Assembly: GCA_013265495.1 (NCBI GenBank)
Contig: MU058645.1
Span: 684,001-748,000, forward strand
Direction of reading: 5' to 3'
Source of the DNA: Vicugna vicugna
Lineage: Eukaryota
Length of the DNA stretch: 64,000 nt
This document shows, in pieces, positions 62,986 to 64,000 of this stretch (within the stretch, counting starts at the first letter, position 1; each line of letters opens with the position of its first letter). The notes under the pieces were generated by a model that saw only the letters and a list, made by a program, of their open reading frames with translations, did not search any database and was not told where the DNA came from. The position numbers were made by a program, and so were the translations under genes.

Positions 62986-64000
62986 GATTCAGTGTTGTTT
63001 CCTCTTATATCTCCTGGGCTTTAAAAAAAAATAAAAGCTAGAACTATGTGCAGAAAGGATGGATAAATTCTGATAAGGGTTAATTTAAGGAAAGGCATCT
63101 AAATTCCTTGGCACACAAGTCACGCGTAGTAATTACTCAGTTAACACTGGTTATCACAGTTATTACCTGTCTTATGTTATCTATAAGCTAGAAAATGAGA
63201 GACTGAGAATATCTTTATTCTTTATAGGATAGGCATTTTGGTTTCCTGAAAGGGGCTACTTTCAGCACCCTGGTCCTGACTGCCAACCACCAGTCCAGTG
63301 GAATTACTATTGCACGGTGAGGCAGAGCCTGGGTTGAATGAGATAGTCCATGTGTTAACGTAGGGCCTGTTATTTGATTCCACTCTTGCCACCATCTCTG
63401 TCCGAGACAGGAGCATGGAGGGCACACAGAGCTCACCGGGCTTAATTTTCTCCCTTCCATGGATGAGGCACCTTGTCCCTCATTGCCTGGAACTTCATAA
63501 CCCGCCCCCAGCACTTGCTCTGGGGTGTCTGGCTCCTTCTATCCCACACAGATGAATGTGACTTACATACCACACACACACAAGTACGCCCCCAGGGTGG
63601 CTGTGGGGCAGATTTAAGAAGACAAAGTCCTCCGATGTCAGAGTAAGAAAGAATATTAAGCATCACTAATCGAAAACCTGCAGGTTCCATCGGCGACAGT
63701 GATACTCAGGGGACCTAAATGATCATTCACGCTCCCTGAGCTGATCCCCGATGCATGAATTCCATCACAGTTACCAGCTGGTAATCAGCTCTATTTGTAA
63801 AGTTTGCTGAACGTAATCACGGCTGAGAGCTTGCAACCTAAGACAGACGAGCAGCAAGAGCGCCAAACCGTTAGAAAACGTGTGACCTGAGAGAGCAGCA
63901 TACCCGGGGTGGGGGGGTTGGGGGACAGAAGCTCGACATCTGCCACAGTGACCCAGGGAGAAGCGATCAGGCCTCTGCTAAGGCCATCACACTCGGACTG

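Overview
Mammalian genomic DNA, probably camelid judging from the tRNA-derived SINEs and the L1 3'UTR type. The window is mostly intronic or intergenic and rich in repeats: seven fragments of one relatively young L1 3'UTR family, ancient L1M, L2, L3 and MIR, ERV1 and MaLR LTRs, and MER44, Tigger1a, MER63, MER94 and MER5 DNA transposons. It also has three CpG-rich regions and microsatellites, including (CTG)20. I could not name any known protein-coding gene, and most ORFs in the track look like chance or repeat-derived frames. Splice signals suggest a minus-strand host transcript leaving the left edge (26-nt microexon at 48-73, candidate first exons near 1.9-2.2 kb and 59.1-59.3 kb). The most interesting candidates are: (i) a compact TATA-driven, three-exon minus-strand unit at 35.4-36.6 kb encoding a lysine-rich microprotein; (ii) a degenerate trinucleotide repeat at 46.6-46.9 kb forming an Ala/Thr-rich, antifreeze-glycoprotein-like proto-ORF whose ATG lies in the target-site duplication of a twin-primed L1; (iii) patchy AT-to-GC drift of repeat copies, suggesting gene-conversion hotspots; (iv) several multi-layer nested insertions. 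Repeat family names come from recalled consensus sequences, not from database searches, and boundaries of old repeats are approximate.
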